From assembly GCA_035402765.1 (NCBI GenBank), contig DAONDX010000003.1, forward strand, positions 50,682 to 114,681: 64,000 nucleotides of DNA, written 5' to 3'. Numbering within the stretch: the stretch's first letter is position 1; every line of letters starts with the position of its first letter. The position numbers were made by a program, and so were the translations under genes. The stretch comes from Candidatus Omnitrophota bacterium. GTDB lineage: Bacteria; Omnitrophota; Gorgyraeia; Gygaellales; Profunditerraquicolaceae. The notes below the pieces were generated by a model. It was not told where the DNA came from. It did no database searches and saw nothing but the letters and a program-made list of their open reading frames with translations. Shown piece by piece: positions 35,647-46,364 of the stretch.

Positions 35647-37442
35647 ATTTTTAATATCTCCAGAAAAGCTTCTTGCGGTATTTCAACTTTACCGAACTGC
35701 TTTAACCTTTTCTTACCCTTTTTTTGAGTTTCCCAGAGTTTACGTTTGCGGGTGATATCTCCGCCGGAACATTTACTCGTGGCATTCTTGCCCACCGAAC
35801 GCACTCTTTCAGAAGCCAAAATCTGGCTGCCCACTGCCGCTTGAATGGTTACTTCAAAAAGCTGACGCGGAATTAGATCTTTAAGCTTAGAAACTAAAAG
35901 ATGCGCCCGGCTGGTCGCTTTTTCCTTAAACATTAACGATGAAAAAGCATCACAAATCTGCCCGTTTAACAATATATCCAGCTTGACTAGCCTGGTCGGA
36001 AGGTACTCTTTCACCTCATAATCCATTGAGCCATAACCCCGGGTGATCGATTTCATACGATCATAAAAATCAACTATAATTTCAGAGAGCGGAATAGAAA
36101 AAACTACTTTTACCCGGTCCTCACCTAAATATTCGTTAGAAACAAAAACACCCCGCCGGGATTTTGTAAAATCACAAACGGCTTCTATAGAATCAACCGG
36201 AACAATCATTAAGAGGCTGGCAAACGGCTCCTGGGCTTCCTGGATATCTCCCGAAGCGCTCAATTTCATTGGCGTGTCTATCTCCAAGAGTTCACCGGAC
36301 TTTGTTTTTATACGGTAAACAACGTTGGGCACGGTAAGGATAAGGTTTAGGTTATACTCACGCTCCAGCCTTTCCTGCACGATTTCCATGTGTAAAAGTC
36401 CCAAGAAACCGCAGCGAAAACCGGTCCCGAATGATTGGGAATTTTCGGGCTCAAACACAAAAGAAGCATCAGAAAGTTTAAGCTTATCCATCGCATCGCG
36501 CAACTCCGGAAAATCCGCCGGGTTGACCGGATAGATCCCGCAAAATACCAAAGGTTTTACATTACGGTATCCGGGTAAAGCTTGAGCGCAGGGGTTTTTC
36601 GGGTCGGTAATCGTATCACCGATAACTACTTCCCGCGGATCGCGCAGATTGGCGGTGAAATAGCCGACTTCACCGCAAGTTAAAGTATCAACCGCGGAAT
36701 ATTTCAGATCTTTAAAAACACCCAGCTCTTCAATTTTATAAACCTTACCGGTATGGAACATTTTTAATTGGGTCTTGGGCGTTATCTGACCGTCAATAAC
36801 CTTGACAAAAACTACCACTCCTTTGAAAGCGTCAAACCGGCAATCAAAAATTAAAGCTTTTAACGGATGTTCTACCTGCCCGCCGGGGCTGGGAATCGTT
36901 TCAATAATCCGGTCTAAAATCTCGATCACCCCCCGGCCTTCTTTAGCGGAAGCCAAAATAATTTCTTCTTCCTTGAAGCCTAAGACCGTCTGGACCTGAG
37001 ATTGGACTTTAGGGACATCCGCAGATATCAAATCTATTTTATTAATTACCGGGATCACGTGCAGGTTATTCTCCAGAGCCAGATAATAATTAGCTACGGT
37101 TTGGGCTTCAATTCCTTGGCCGGCATCAACCACCAGCACCGCGCCTTCACAGGCAGCTAAAGACTTAGAGACTTCATAAGTGAAATCCACATGGCCGGGA
37201 GTATCGATAAGGTTTAGAATATATGCCCGGTTAAATTTTTTAGAAAAATAGCTTAACCTGACCATGGAAGCCTTTATCGTAATACCCCGCTCTTTTTCCA
37301 AATCCATATCATCTAACAGCTGATCGCCTTTATGCCGTTTATCCACCGCTCCGGTTACTTCCAATATCCGGTCAGCCAAAGTGGATTTACCGTGATCAAT
37401 ATGCGCAATAATCGAAAAATTCCTAATTAACGTTTTATCCAT
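35643..37442 (-). CDS. lepA: Elongation factor 4
   Basis: IRNFSIIAHIDHGKSTLADR, DTPGHVDF, GFRCGFLGLLH and GGDITRKRKL motifs. Confidence 0.98.
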   Translation of the reverse strand: MDKTLIRNFSIIAHIDHGKSTLADRILEVTGAVDKRHKGDQLLDDMDLEKERGITIKASMVRLSYFSKKFNRAYILNLIDTPGHVDFTYEVSKSLAACEGAVLVVDAGQGIEAQTVANYYLALENNLHVIPVINKIDLISADVPKVQSQVQTVLGFKEEEIILASAKEGRGVIEILDRIIETIPSPGGQVEHPLKALIFDCRFDAFKGVVVFVKVIDGQITPKTQLKMFHTGKVYKIEELGVFKDLKYSAVDTLTCGEVGYFTANLRDPREVVIGDTITDPKNPCAQALPGYRNVKPLVFCGIYPVNPADFPELRDAMDKLKLSDASFVFEPENSQSFGTGFRCGFLGLLHMEIVQERLEREYNLNLILTVPNVVYRIKTKSGELLEIDTPMKLSASGDIQEAQEPFASLLMIVPVDSIEAVCDFTKSRRGVFVSNEYLGEDRVKVVFSIPLSEIIVDFYDRMKSITRGYGSMDYEVKEYLPTRLVKLDILLNGQICDAFSSLMFKEKATSRAHLLVSKLKDLIPRQLFEVTIQAAVGSQILASERVRSVGKNATSKCSGGDITRKRKLWETQKKGKKRLKQFGKVEIPQEAFLEILKI

Positions 37443-38097
37443 CTAGTTTACAAAAATTAAGCATCTTTTCTACCACTTGCTCTATAGAAAGATCCGAGGT
37501 ATCAATATAGATCGCATCCGGAGCTTGGCGTAAAGGCGAAGCTTGCCGGGTAGAATCAATTCTATCGCGATTGGCCAAATCATTAGCAACATCATTCTCG
37601 GCAACTTCCTGGCCTAAACCTTTTAATTCCTTGAAACGGCGACTTACCCGCACCTGCGCGGAAGCATCGATAAAAAATTTTTTCTCTGCCTGAGGGAAAA
37701 CCACCGTGCCGATATCTCTGCCGTCTAAAACACAGTTTCCTTTTTGGCCAAACTCTCTTTGGATCTTCACCAGTATCTGGCGCACCTCTTTAATCTTGGC
37801 CACCTCTGAAACAAACTGCGTAATTCTGGGCTGCCGGATAGCCAAAGAAACATCCCGGCCATCAAGGATAACGGTCAACGGCCCTTCCGGATTATTCTTC
37901 AGATCAATCTTAATTCCATTAGCCAGCCGGATAATCGCCGGTTCATCGTCCATCGAAACATGATTATCCAAAGCTTTCAAAGTCAAAGCCCGATACATCG
38001 CCCCGGTGTCAATATAAAGATACCCCAGGCGTTTAGCTAGAATTTTAGCCACCGTACTTTTTCCCGCACCCGCTGGACCGTCAACAGCAATAATCAT
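37435..38097 (-). CDS. cmk: Cytidylate kinase
   Basis: DGPAGAGKST, DTGAMYRA and DGRDIGTVVFP motifs. Confidence 0.97.
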   Translation of the reverse strand: MIIAVDGPAGAGKSTVAKILAKRLGYLYIDTGAMYRALTLKALDNHVSMDDEPAIIRLANGIKIDLKNNPEGPLTVILDGRDVSLAIRQPRITQFVSEVAKIKEVRQILVKIQREFGQKGNCVLDGRDIGTVVFPQAEKKFFIDASAQVRVSRRFKELKGLGQEVAENDVANDLANRDRIDSTRQASPLRQAPDAIYIDTSDLSIEQVVEKMLNFCKLDG

Positions 38098-38924
38098 CCT
38101 AATTTTTCTCGTTTTTGTTTGGCCTGCCGAAGGATTTTTGTTAGGCGTTCTTTATCTTTATTTTTTAGAGCAAATTTTAAAGCGGCGAGCTTTATCTGAA
38201 AAACCGATAAAGCCTTCAATAAATTACCGCGATTACTTAAAAATATCTCACCCCACAGATCGGCATCGGAACCGGCGATTCGCGTGGCGTCCCTTAACCC
38301 GTTGGAGCTCAAACCCAAAAATTGTTCCGGAATTGCGCTGATCAAAGAAAAAGCGATAGCGTGCGGAAGATGGCTGGTCAAGGCCAAAATCTGATCATGT
38401 TTTTTTGCAGGAAGAACCGTTATTCTTGCCCCGAGCTTCTGCCAAAGCCGTTTAATCTTATCCAAAGTAATTTTACTGGTCTTTTTTGTGGGGGTAATCA
38501 CGCAAATCGAACCCTTAAAAATACTATCCTGTAGATTAACAATCCCTTTCTTCTCTGAACCGGCTAACGGATGACAACCCACAAAGTTAGGAATTAAAGC
38601 GCTAAATTCGGAAACAATACGCTCTTTAGTACTGCCGACATCGATTACCAAGCACTCTTTTTTTATTTTTTCCGCAATTTCAGGAGCAATCCGGATAATG
38701 GCATCCACCGGCATAGCTAAAATAACTAGATCTGCATCAGCTAATACCTTTAAAGACGCACCAACAACATCAATCGCACCGATTCTTTTAGCAAACCTGG
38801 CATTCTTCTGATGCCGGCTTAAACCGATAATTTGACCGGCTAAATGCTGTTTCCTTAAAGCCAAACCCAGAGATCCCCCGATCAGACCGGTACCGATAAT
38901 CACGACTTTATTAAACATTTTCAT
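38094..38924 (-). CDS. tyrA: Prephenate/arogenate dehydrogenase
   Basis: [24 protein letters not shown]...SHLPH and TRIA motifs. Confidence 0.93.
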   Translation of the reverse strand: MKMFNKVVIIGTGLIGGSLGLALRKQHLAGQIIGLSRHQKNARFAKRIGAIDVVGASLKVLADADLVILAMPVDAIIRIAPEIAEKIKKECLVIDVGSTKERIVSEFSALIPNFVGCHPLAGSEKKGIVNLQDSIFKGSICVITPTKKTSKITLDKIKRLWQKLGARITVLPAKKHDQILALTSHLPHAIAFSLISAIPEQFLGLSSNGLRDATRIAGSDADLWGEIFLSNRGNLLKALSVFQIKLAALKFALKNKDKERLTKILRQAKQKREKLG

Positions 38925-39940
38925 AAAATTTTTCTTCCTACAGCCCCAGCCATAACCTTAAGTTCGTCCATCAGATTAGAAAATCTATCCGGAAGAAGCG
39001 ACTGCGCTCCGTCAGAAACTGCTTCTTCGGGATGATTATGCACTTCAACAATTAAACCATCAGCTCCGGCAGCGATCGCCGCTCTGGATAAAGCCGGGAC
39101 CCAGCTCCATTTTCCGGCGGCATGCGAGGGATCAACGATAATCGGCAGATGCGAAAGCCGCTTAGTTACCGGCACTGCGCTAATATCTAAAGTATTACGC
39201 GTAGAATCTTCAAAAGTACGGATACCTCTCTCGCAAAGAATTACCGAAAAATTACCGCCGCTTAATATGTATTCTGCAGACATCAGCAGATCCTTAACCG
39301 TAGAAGCCATCCCGCGTTTTAAAACTACAGGTTTTTTAGTGGCGCCAACTTCTTTTAAAAGATTAAAGTTCTGCATATTCCGGCAGCCGATCTGCAAGAT
39401 ATCCACGTAATCAGCTACCAACCCCACATCACGGCTATCCATAACTTCACTGACCGTGACTAAACCCAGTTCATCCCCTACTTTCTTGAGCATTTTCAAA
39501 CCCGCCTCGCCTAATCCCTGAAAGCTATACGGAGAAGTACGCGGCTTAAAAGCTCCGCCCCGCAGGACAGTCGCACCGGCAGCTTTAACTGCTCTGGCGA
39601 TTTCATATAAACTATCGATATTTTCGATGGTACAAGGCCCGGCCATAATCACTACCTCATTACCGCCGATTTTAACACCTTTGCCCAGATCAATTACCGA
39701 ATCCTCTGATTTAAATTCCCGGGAGACCAGCTTAAATGGCGCAAGCACCGGGATTACGTTTTCTACTCCCGGAAAAACCTCCAGAGGCGTAACCCGCAGT
39801 ACATCCTCAGGGCCGATCACCCCGATAATTGTCCTTTCGGCGCCTTTAGAAACATGAGTAGTTAAACCAAGAGCTTTTACTTTTTCAATAATATGTTCAA
39901 CTTGTTCATTGCTAGCACCAGGTTTTAAAACGATAATCAT
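38921..39940 (-). CDS. aroF: DAHP synthase type I-beta with N-terminal regulatory domain
   Basis: [27 protein letters not shown] and DPSHA motifs; likely start MIIVLK. Confidence 0.95.
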   Translation of the reverse strand: MIIVLKPGASNEQVEHIIEKVKALGLTTHVSKGAERTIIGVIGPEDVLRVTPLEVFPGVENVIPVLAPFKLVSREFKSEDSVIDLGKGVKIGGNEVVIMAGPCTIENIDSLYEIARAVKAAGATVLRGGAFKPRTSPYSFQGLGEAGLKMLKKVGDELGLVTVSEVMDSRDVGLVADYVDILQIGCRNMQNFNLLKEVGATKKPVVLKRGMASTVKDLLMSAEYILSGGNFSVILCERGIRTFEDSTRNTLDISAVPVTKRLSHLPIIVDPSHAAGKWSWVPALSRAAIAAGADGLIVEVHNHPEEAVSDGAQSLLPDRFSNLMDELKVMAGAVGRKIL

Positions 39941-40003
39941 TATTTTCTCCTCATTGGCCAGGGACAACCGCGCAAATCCGCATCAATGCAAAACGGTTTT
40001 TTT

Positions 40004-41095
40004 CTATTTAAACAACACTTTTTTTAAAACTTGTATAAACCTTTGGTTTTCCTCGGCGGTGCCAATCGTCACGCGGATAAAATTAGCCAGCCCGCTTTGG
40101 CGCATTTCCCGGACAATTACCCCGTACTTAAGACAAGACTTAAATACCTGGCGGCTATCCCGACCCACATCCACAAGTATAAAATTTGCCGTCGAAAGCA
40201 CATAACCCAGACCCATCTTTGACAACTCCCGGTAAATAAAATCTTTACCCTCTAAAGTCAAACGGCGGATTTTCGTTAAGAAAACTTTATCTTCTAAAGC
40301 CGCCACCCCGGCAACCTGCGCCAGAAGATTAACATTAAACGGCTGCCTGATGCGTTCCATAAAATTGACCAATTCCGGTTGAGCGATGGCGTATCCCAGG
40401 CGCAAACCGGCTAAACCATAGGCTTTAGAAAACGTCCTTAAAATAATCACTTTCTTTCTCTTGTTCAAATAGCTTAAGGAATCCGGATAATCATCCACAT
40501 CAATAAAAGTACCATAAGCCTCGTCAAAAACAACGATTACCGATTCCGGCAACGCGTTTAGAAATTCTTCAACCTCATTTTTGGCAACATAGGTTCCGGT
40601 AGGATTATTGGGATTAGCGATAAAAACCAACTTGGTCTTTTTGTCTACTAACTTCAACATACCTTTTAAATCATATTTAAAATAACGTAAAGGCGCCTTT
40701 TTCACCTTACGGTCATTAACCTGGGCAATAATTTCATACTCGGCGAAAGTACCTTCGGAAGTCAGGATATTTTCATCCGCTTCCATAAAAGTCTTAATCA
40801 CCACATCGATTAATTCATCAGAACCGTTCCCTAAAACTAAGTTGCCAGGTTTCAACCCCAAAGATTTAGCCAGGCGCTGCTTTAAATAAAATCCCTGCGC
40901 ATCCGGATAACGATTAATCCCCGGTAGCGCCCTTTTGATTGCCGCGATTGCTTTCGGCGACGGGCCCCAGGAATTTTCATTAGAAGCCAGCTTGATCACG
41001 CTTTTTAACCCAAACTGCCGCTTAGTTTCCTCAATCGGCTTACCGGGCACATAAGGATTGACCGACAAAACACTTTTACGAATTAATTTTTTCAT
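40004..41095 (-). CDS. hisC: Histidinol-phosphate/aromatic aminotransferase
   Basis: KLASNEN, GNGSDE, NPNNPTG, DEAY and RTFSKAYGLAGLRLGY motifs. Confidence 0.94.
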   Translation of the reverse strand: MKKLIRKSVLSVNPYVPGKPIEETKRQFGLKSVIKLASNENSWGPSPKAIAAIKRALPGINRYPDAQGFYLKQRLAKSLGLKPGNLVLGNGSDELIDVVIKTFMEADENILTSEGTFAEYEIIAQVNDRKVKKAPLRYFKYDLKGMLKLVDKKTKLVFIANPNNPTGTYVAKNEVEEFLNALPESVIVVFDEAYGTFIDVDDYPDSLSYLNKRKKVIILRTFSKAYGLAGLRLGYAIAQPELVNFMERIRQPFNVNLLAQVAGVAALEDKVFLTKIRRLTLEGKDFIYRELSKMGLGYVLSTANFILVDVGRDSRQVFKSCLKYGVIVREMRQSGLANFIRVTIGTAEENQRFIQVLKKVLFK

Positions 41096-41103
41096 TTTAC
41101 AGT

Positions 41104-42165
41104 TTATTCTCCAATCGGATAAGAACCTAATATTTTAAGATAGCTGCATTTGTGTTCTAACTCCTTGAGCGCTTTCTTAATCAAAGTATCATCCTGATGA
41201 CCCAAAATATCCACAAAAAAATAATATTCCCAAGCCTTCTTTTTCGAAGGGCGGGATTCAATCTTAGTCAGGTTAACCCCGTATTTACGAAAAGGCAGAA
41301 GCATCTCATATAAAGCCCCGACCCGGTCTTTAATCGAAAAAAGCAAGCTGGTCTTATCTTTGCCGGTGCGGGAAGCAACATTTTTGCCCACCACCAGAAA
41401 ACGGGTAATGTTATGCGATAGATCCTGGATACCCGACGATAGCACTTTCAAGCCGTAAACCTTAGAAGCCAAAAGTGAAGCGATCGCCGCGGTATTTTTT
41501 TCTTTTTTAGCCATCTCCGCTGCCCGGGTAGTGCTGGAAACATCTACTAAACGCGCATTGGGTAAATTTTTCTGTAACCAGATCCGGCACTGTCCAAAAA
41601 CATAAGGGTTAGAATAAACCACCCGGATCTTGTTCTTGGAGCAATTGGCCAGTAAATTATGGGTTATTTCTAAAATAACCTGCGAACAAATTTTTAAATC
41701 CGAATCCACCAAAACATCCAGGGTATGGCTAACCGCCCCTTCAATTGAATTTTCAATAGGCACTACCCCATAATCGGCACTTCCTAATTCCACCTCTTGA
41801 AAAATATCGGCGATACTGTTACAAGCAACATAGTTGACCTGTGAGCCGAATTTTTTTATGGCTGCCAAATTAGTAAAACTTGCTTGAGGCCCCAAATAAG
41901 CAATTTTAAGCGGCTTCTCTAAAGCCAAACTGGCTGACATTACCTCCCGATAAATCGCCTCCAAAGCGCCCTTTTTTAAAGGCCCTTTATTTAAGCTGGC
42001 GATCTTTTTTAAGACCTCCATCTCTCTTTCCGGCACATAAATACTTTTGCCGGCATTAATCTTTATTTTACCGATATTTTTAGTTGCTGCGGCACGCTGA
42101 TTCAGTAAGTTAATCAGTCTCCGGTCAAGCAGATCGATTTTTTTACGCAATTTGTCCAGACTCAT
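41104..42165 (-). CDS. pheA: Chorismate mutase/prephenate dehydratase
   Basis: CM domain LRKKIDLLD...RE; YLGP, VPIENSIEG, TRF and LTKIESRP motifs; likely start MSLDK. Confidence 0.96.
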   Translation of the reverse strand: MSLDKLRKKIDLLDRRLINLLNQRAAATKNIGKIKINAGKSIYVPEREMEVLKKIASLNKGPLKKGALEAIYREVMSASLALEKPLKIAYLGPQASFTNLAAIKKFGSQVNYVACNSIADIFQEVELGSADYGVVPIENSIEGAVSHTLDVLVDSDLKICSQVILEITHNLLANCSKNKIRVVYSNPYVFGQCRIWLQKNLPNARLVDVSSTTRAAEMAKKEKNTAAIASLLASKVYGLKVLSSGIQDLSHNITRFLVVGKNVASRTGKDKTSLLFSIKDRVGALYEMLLPFRKYGVNLTKIESRPSKKKAWEYYFFVDILGHQDDTLIKKALKELEHKCSYLKILGSYPIGE

Positions 42166-42757
42166 TTTTAACCTCCAGGTCATCTTGGGCAATCGGCTCA
42201 ATATCAGCTTGGGCTTCCTTCTCTTCAGCTAAAACCTTAAAATCTTCCATTTTAGGCAGATCCTGCAAACTTTTTAACCCAAAATGCTCGAGAAATTCCC
42301 GGGTAGTACCAAAAACGAATGGGCGGCCGGGAACCTTTTTTCTACCGCAAATCCGGATTAAATTCTTTTCCACCAGGCTTTTCATCACGCCATCGACATT
42401 TACATTTCTTAAAGATTCAATTTCAGCTTTCGTTAACGGTTGTTTATAAGCGATAATCGCCAAAGATTCAAGGGCGGGCTTGGATAATTTATCGCTATAG
42501 CGGTTTTTAAAAAGCTTTTTTAGAAAAGGGGCAAAATTACTATTGGTGATCATCTGAAAACCACCGGCGATCTCAATGATTTTAATCCCCCTATTCTGCA
42601 GATCAAATTCGTTTTTTAATTCCTCAACGATCTTATTAATGCTAGCCGCATCCAGATCCCCTAAAACCTTTTTAATCTGTTCCGTAGTGATCGGTTTCTC
42701 AGACGCAAAAATTAAAGCTTCCACCGCTGACTTTATATTATTCTCTTCCATTTTCAC
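42143..42757 (-). CDS. scpB: SMC-Scp complex subunit ScpB
   Basis: EALIFAS, LSKPALESLAIIAYKQP, PGRP...GTTREFLEHFGL and LP motifs. Confidence 0.95.
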   Translation of the reverse strand: MKMEENNIKSAVEALIFASEKPITTEQIKKVLGDLDAASINKIVEELKNEFDLQNRGIKIIEIAGGFQMITNSNFAPFLKKLFKNRYSDKLSKPALESLAIIAYKQPLTKAEIESLRNVNVDGVMKSLVEKNLIRICGRKKVPGRPFVFGTTREFLEHFGLKSLQDLPKMEDFKVLAEEKEAQADIEPIAQDDLEVKNESGQIA

Positions 42758-43378
42758 CTATCTCTTTTTTTGTTTATAAACCAGGTTTAATAATTCTTCG
42801 GTCGTGTTTACCTGCGGCTTGGCTTCTAAAACCTTTTTGATCATGCCCAGGGCCTCACTCCTTTTATATTCCAATTGCAGCAAAACTTCCAATGCTTCTT
42901 CAGCTATATTTTTAGCTTCGAGTTTTATTCCGCCGGCGCGTTCCTGAATCAACCCGAATTTGCCTACCTTATTCTGCAGTTTAGCCACAATCTCTTTAGC
43001 TCTTTGTTCGCCGATACCCGGAAGCGACTTTAAAAAAACCAAATCGCCTTCATCAATAGCCTTAGCAATCAAAGAAATAGGTTTATTCAAAGCCTTCAAA
43101 GCCGCCCGCGGGCCGATACCGGAAACCGTAATAAATATCTCGAAAAAATCCTTTTCTACCTGGCTCAGGAATCCGATCAAGATCGGAATACTCTTGGCCT
43201 GGTCAACCTGATAATAATGATAAGTCAGAAGAGAGATTTTTTCCTCTTGCCCTAAGACATTATCCAGTCCCTGCATAACACAAGCCGGGATAAAAACCTC
43301 ATAACTTAAACCGCCTAAATCCAGGATTAAAAAGTTGGGGCCTTTCTCTGTAACGCGCCCGGTAATTTTAGAGATCAT
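42758..43378 (-). CDS. ruvA: Holliday junction DNA helicase subunit RuvA
   Basis: MISKITG OB-fold start; HhH motifs VSGIGPRAA and LPGIGEQRA; follows ruvC. Confidence 0.92.
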   Translation of the reverse strand: MISKITGRVTEKGPNFLILDLGGLSYEVFIPACVMQGLDNVLGQEEKISLLTYHYYQVDQAKSIPILIGFLSQVEKDFFEIFITVSGIGPRAALKALNKPISLIAKAIDEGDLVFLKSLPGIGEQRAKEIVAKLQNKVGKFGLIQERAGGIKLEAKNIAEEALEVLLQLEYKRSEALGMIKKVLEAKPQVNTTEELLNLVYKQKKR

Positions 43379-43857
43379 AATTTTGCTTTCGAAATATAGC
43401 TATGTCCGATAGCCAAGGCCAAAGCGTCAGTAACATCCATGTACGGGGTTAAAGTTTTCAAACCTAAAGTATGGGTAACCATTCTTTGCACTTGCGCTTT
43501 AGAAGCCAGCCCCTTACCGACAATCGCCTTCTTAATCCGGGTCGCTGAATACTCAAAAAAAGGAACTTTAGCTGTATAAGCCGCCAGGCAGATAACCCCT
43601 CTAGCCTGACCTAGGATACAAGCCGTTGCCGGATGTTTGTAATGTGAATATATTTTTTCCAGAACCAAACAGTCTGCTTTTGTATCACTGACCAGTTTAA
43701 TTACCCCGCGGTATATTTTATCTAGCCGGCAGCAAACAGATTCTTTGGCGTTAGTTTTGATTATCCCGGCTTCAATCAAACTGAGCGATGTTTTATTAAC
43801 CTGAATCACACCGTAACCGCTAACCGCTAAAGCCGGATCAACCCCTACAATAATCAT
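43375..43857 (-). CDS. ruvC: Crossover junction endonuclease RuvC
   Basis: GVDP, LE, LGQARG, KKAIVGKG.ASK.QV and DALALA motifs. Confidence 0.95.
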   Translation of the reverse strand: MIIVGVDPALAVSGYGVIQVNKTSLSLIEAGIIKTNAKESVCCRLDKIYRGVIKLVSDTKADCLVLEKIYSHYKHPATACILGQARGVICLAAYTAKVPFFEYSATRIKKAIVGKGLASKAQVQRMVTHTLGLKTLTPYMDVTDALALAIGHSYISKAKL

Positions 43858-44609
43858 TCCTCAGAAGCAACCTCATCTAGGATCTCATCCGGAATATCGA
43901 AATTGGCATAAACCTGCTGGACATCATCATGCTCTTCCAAAGTTTCAATTAAACCTAAAACTTGTTTTGCTTCATGACCGGTGACCTTAATCGTTGAGGA
44001 CGGAATCATGGTTAATTCCGCATCAACCCACTTAATGCCTTTCTCGGTAAGGGCCTGCTTAACCTTCTCCAAATCCGCTATTGCTGTGTAAATTTCATAA
44101 ACCTCGTCTTCATGTTTCATATCTTCAGCCCCGGCATCCAGGACAATATTCATCAACTCATCTTCTTTGACATTTTCTTTAGCTACTGAGATATAGCCTT
44201 TTTGGGTAAACATCCAGCTCACTGAACCGGCACCGGCCATATTACCGCCTTTTTTTGACATGATATTACGTATTTCAGCGGTAGTCCGGTTCTTGTTATC
44301 GGTAAGAGAATCAATTAGAATCGCCACCCCGCCCGGTCCGTAAGCTTCATACATTACAGCCTCATAAACTACTCCGGGAAGCTCCCCGGTTCCTCTCTTA
44401 ATCGCCATCTTTACGTTATCCGAAGGCATATTGGCTCTTTTGGCCTTTTCCATTATGGCACGCAGACGGGGGTTAGAGTCCGGGTTTCCGCCGCCATCTC
44501 TGGCTACCACCACCAACTCTTTAATAATTTTAGTAAAGGTCGCCCCGCGCTTAGCATCCGCAATACCTTTTTTACCCTTATTTGTTTTCCATTTCGAATG
44601 ACCTGACAT
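43854..44609 (-). CDS. yebC: YebC/PmpR family protein
   Basis: MSGHSKW, YEAYGPGG, TDNKNRT and DDVQQVYAN motifs. Confidence 0.96.
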   Translation of the reverse strand: MSGHSKWKTNKGKKGIADAKRGATFTKIIKELVVVARDGGGNPDSNPRLRAIMEKAKRANMPSDNVKMAIKRGTGELPGVVYEAVMYEAYGPGGVAILIDSLTDNKNRTTAEIRNIMSKKGGNMAGAGSVSWMFTQKGYISVAKENVKEDELMNIVLDAGAEDMKHEDEVYEIYTAIADLEKVKQALTEKGIKWVDAELTMIPSSTIKVTGHEAKQVLGLIETLEEHDDVQQVYANFDIPDEILDEVASEE

Positions 44610-44620
44610 AACTCCTCCTC

Positions 44621-44660
44621 ATCTACCTAGACGACACCCGCGTAGAGTGCCCACTACTGT
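44621..44660 (-). repeat. Hairpin plus GTCTAGGTAGA(T) motif, copy upstream of yebC
   Basis: Plus strand ATCTACCTAGACGACACCC...GAGTGC; on the minus strand it is followed directly by the SD GAGGAGGAG. Confidence 0.65.
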
Positions 44661-44751
44661 TTATAATATCTCCTCGATACTGCGTTAATCAACACACATT
44701 AAGTGCAATTTCAATTCACCCGGAGTGTCTTGAATTAATTTTTAATAAATA

Positions 44752-45153
44752 AAGCAGGCAGAATAAGCCGGGTTCTGTCTTGATGCCTGCCTGCCGGCAG
44801 GCAGGCGAATGCTACATCGCAGTGGCTATTCCTCTCAATTCCCGCGTTACCACGGGAACTTTAGCAGTTTACCCGAGATTGTTTTCCGTTGAAACGGAAA
44901 GCGCGCCGAATCAGCACTCATCTCCTATTCTACTTTGCTCCACGTAGAGATTGCCCGTTTCACCTCTCCGCTTGGAAGCGGATACTCGTCTCTGTGGCTC
45001 TCTTGCGCTTTTGGCGCAAGATCCCAAGGGATTATCCTCTTAGCGGTTTTCTCAAACCGCTAAGGACGGGAATTACCCGTTACGTTATTCTCCGGAGCCC
45101 GGACTTTCCTCCCGCCATTGAAACAATGACGGGCAGCCACATCCTGCCTGCTT
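44752..45153 (-). ncRNA. rnpB: RNase P RNA (bacterial type A)
   Basis: P1 AAGCAGGCAG/CTGCCTGCTT; conserved GAGGAAAGTCCGGGCTC, GGAGCAAA and ACAGAACCCGGCTTA. Confidence 0.96.
44785..44806. repeat. Perfect 22-bp palindrome inside rnpB
   Basis: GCCTGCCTGCC|GGCAGGCAGGC. Confidence 0.9.
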
Positions 45154-45568
45154 ATATCAAAGATTTACCCAGAGTAGAATTAACGGCTTGTGTTGCCAAT
45201 TTATCCGCCAAACTGTTCTCTTCCCGGGGTATATGGTTAATTAAAACTTTTTCAAAACCCGTTAAAAGATGCACCGCCCGGTTATACAAATTTATTATTC
45301 CGGCATTTTTAACTTTATAAATTTTATTCAACTGCCGGGCTAAAAGCTGACTGTCAGTATTTATTTTTACGCTTTTAGCTTTTAACAGCAGGGCTTCTTC
45401 AAGCGCATAAATAAGGGCCGTATATTCAGCGATGTTATTAGTAGCCAGACCGATATAGCTTGAGATGTTCTTAATCCGCAAACCATCCCGGTAAATTACA
45501 ACCCCTACCCCGCTATGCCCCGGGTTACCCTGGGAGGCCCCATCTATATAAATCTCTAAATGGTTCAT
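45152..45568 (-). CDS. rnhA: Ribonuclease HI family protein
   Basis: YIDGASQGNPG, TNNIAEY, TDSQL and HIPREENSLADKLA motifs. Confidence 0.93.
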   Translation of the reverse strand: MNHLEIYIDGASQGNPGHSGVGVVIYRDGLRIKNISSYIGLATNNIAEYTALIYALEEALLLKAKSVKINTDSQLLARQLNKIYKVKNAGIINLYNRAVHLLTGFEKVLINHIPREENSLADKLATQAVNSTLGKSLI

Positions 45569-46284
45569 TCCTGAATATAAAGAATCCGGTTACAAACTTC
45601 GCAGGTAACAATACGTTCATACATCTTAATCAAATTAATTACCTGAGGCGGGACTAACATATGGCATCCCCCGCAAGAATTATCTTTGACCGGAACGATT
45701 GCTAAACCATCCCGGCTGTGCAAGATTCTTTCATATTCCTGCAGCATCTTAGGATCAATACCGGGAATAACCTGCTTCCTTTGAGCATCCAGCTGGCTTA
45801 TCCGTCCGGCTATTTCTTCGATCCGCGTTTCAACAGACTTTTTTTTCTGCAAAAAAATCTTTTCTTCATCTTTTAGTTTTAAATTTTCAGCATCAATCTG
45901 AGCTTTAATTTTATCCGACTCTTCGAAAGAAATAAGAATTTTTTCTTCGATTACCGACCCATCAGCTTTAGCATCCGCGATCTGCTGTTGCATAGTCTGA
46001 AATTCTTTATTCGTCTTAAGTGAAAAAAGCTGGCCGCTAAGTTTTTTAATTCCTTCGGCATTGGCAGCAAGCTCCAGCTCTTTTTCTTTGCGTTGTTTTT
46101 GCAGGTCTAAAGACTTTTTTTCCAGAGCTAACAAATCCTGTTTTTTAAGCTCAAAAGCTGCCTCCAGGATTTTAATTTCCTGAGGTTTATTGTTTTTTTC
46201 ATTTCCTAAAGCGTAAATCTCGCTATCTAGTTCCTGTAGCTTCACTAAACCGGTAATCTGAGCTTTTAAGTCTACGTTGGGCAA
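45565..46284 (-). CDS. Coiled-coil protein with C4 zinc ribbon (DUF164/CT398-like)
   Basis: LQELD start, long coiled coil, CGGCHM...CEVCNRILY; TTG start with SD. Confidence 0.9.
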   Translation of the reverse strand: MPNVDLKAQITGLVKLQELDSEIYALGNEKNNKPQEIKILEAAFELKKQDLLALEKKSLDLQKQRKEKELELAANAEGIKKLSGQLFSLKTNKEFQTMQQQIADAKADGSVIEEKILISFEESDKIKAQIDAENLKLKDEEKIFLQKKKSVETRIEEIAGRISQLDAQRKQVIPGIDPKMLQEYERILHSRDGLAIVPVKDNSCGGCHMLVPPQVINLIKMYERIVTCEVCNRILYIQE

Positions 46285-46364
46285 TTTTTCTCCTCTTCTA
46301 GCTATTGTTAGGCGTAATTGTACTGGAACCTATAAAACCTCTACAATCCTCACCAATATAATAA

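Noticed and set aside
35643-35800. LepA C-terminal variant KCSGGD (usually KCYGGD)
   Set aside because: A single substitution in an otherwise intact protein, which is ordinary divergence.
44889-45320. 143-aa plus-strand ORF
   Set aside because: It is antisense to rnpB and rnhA.
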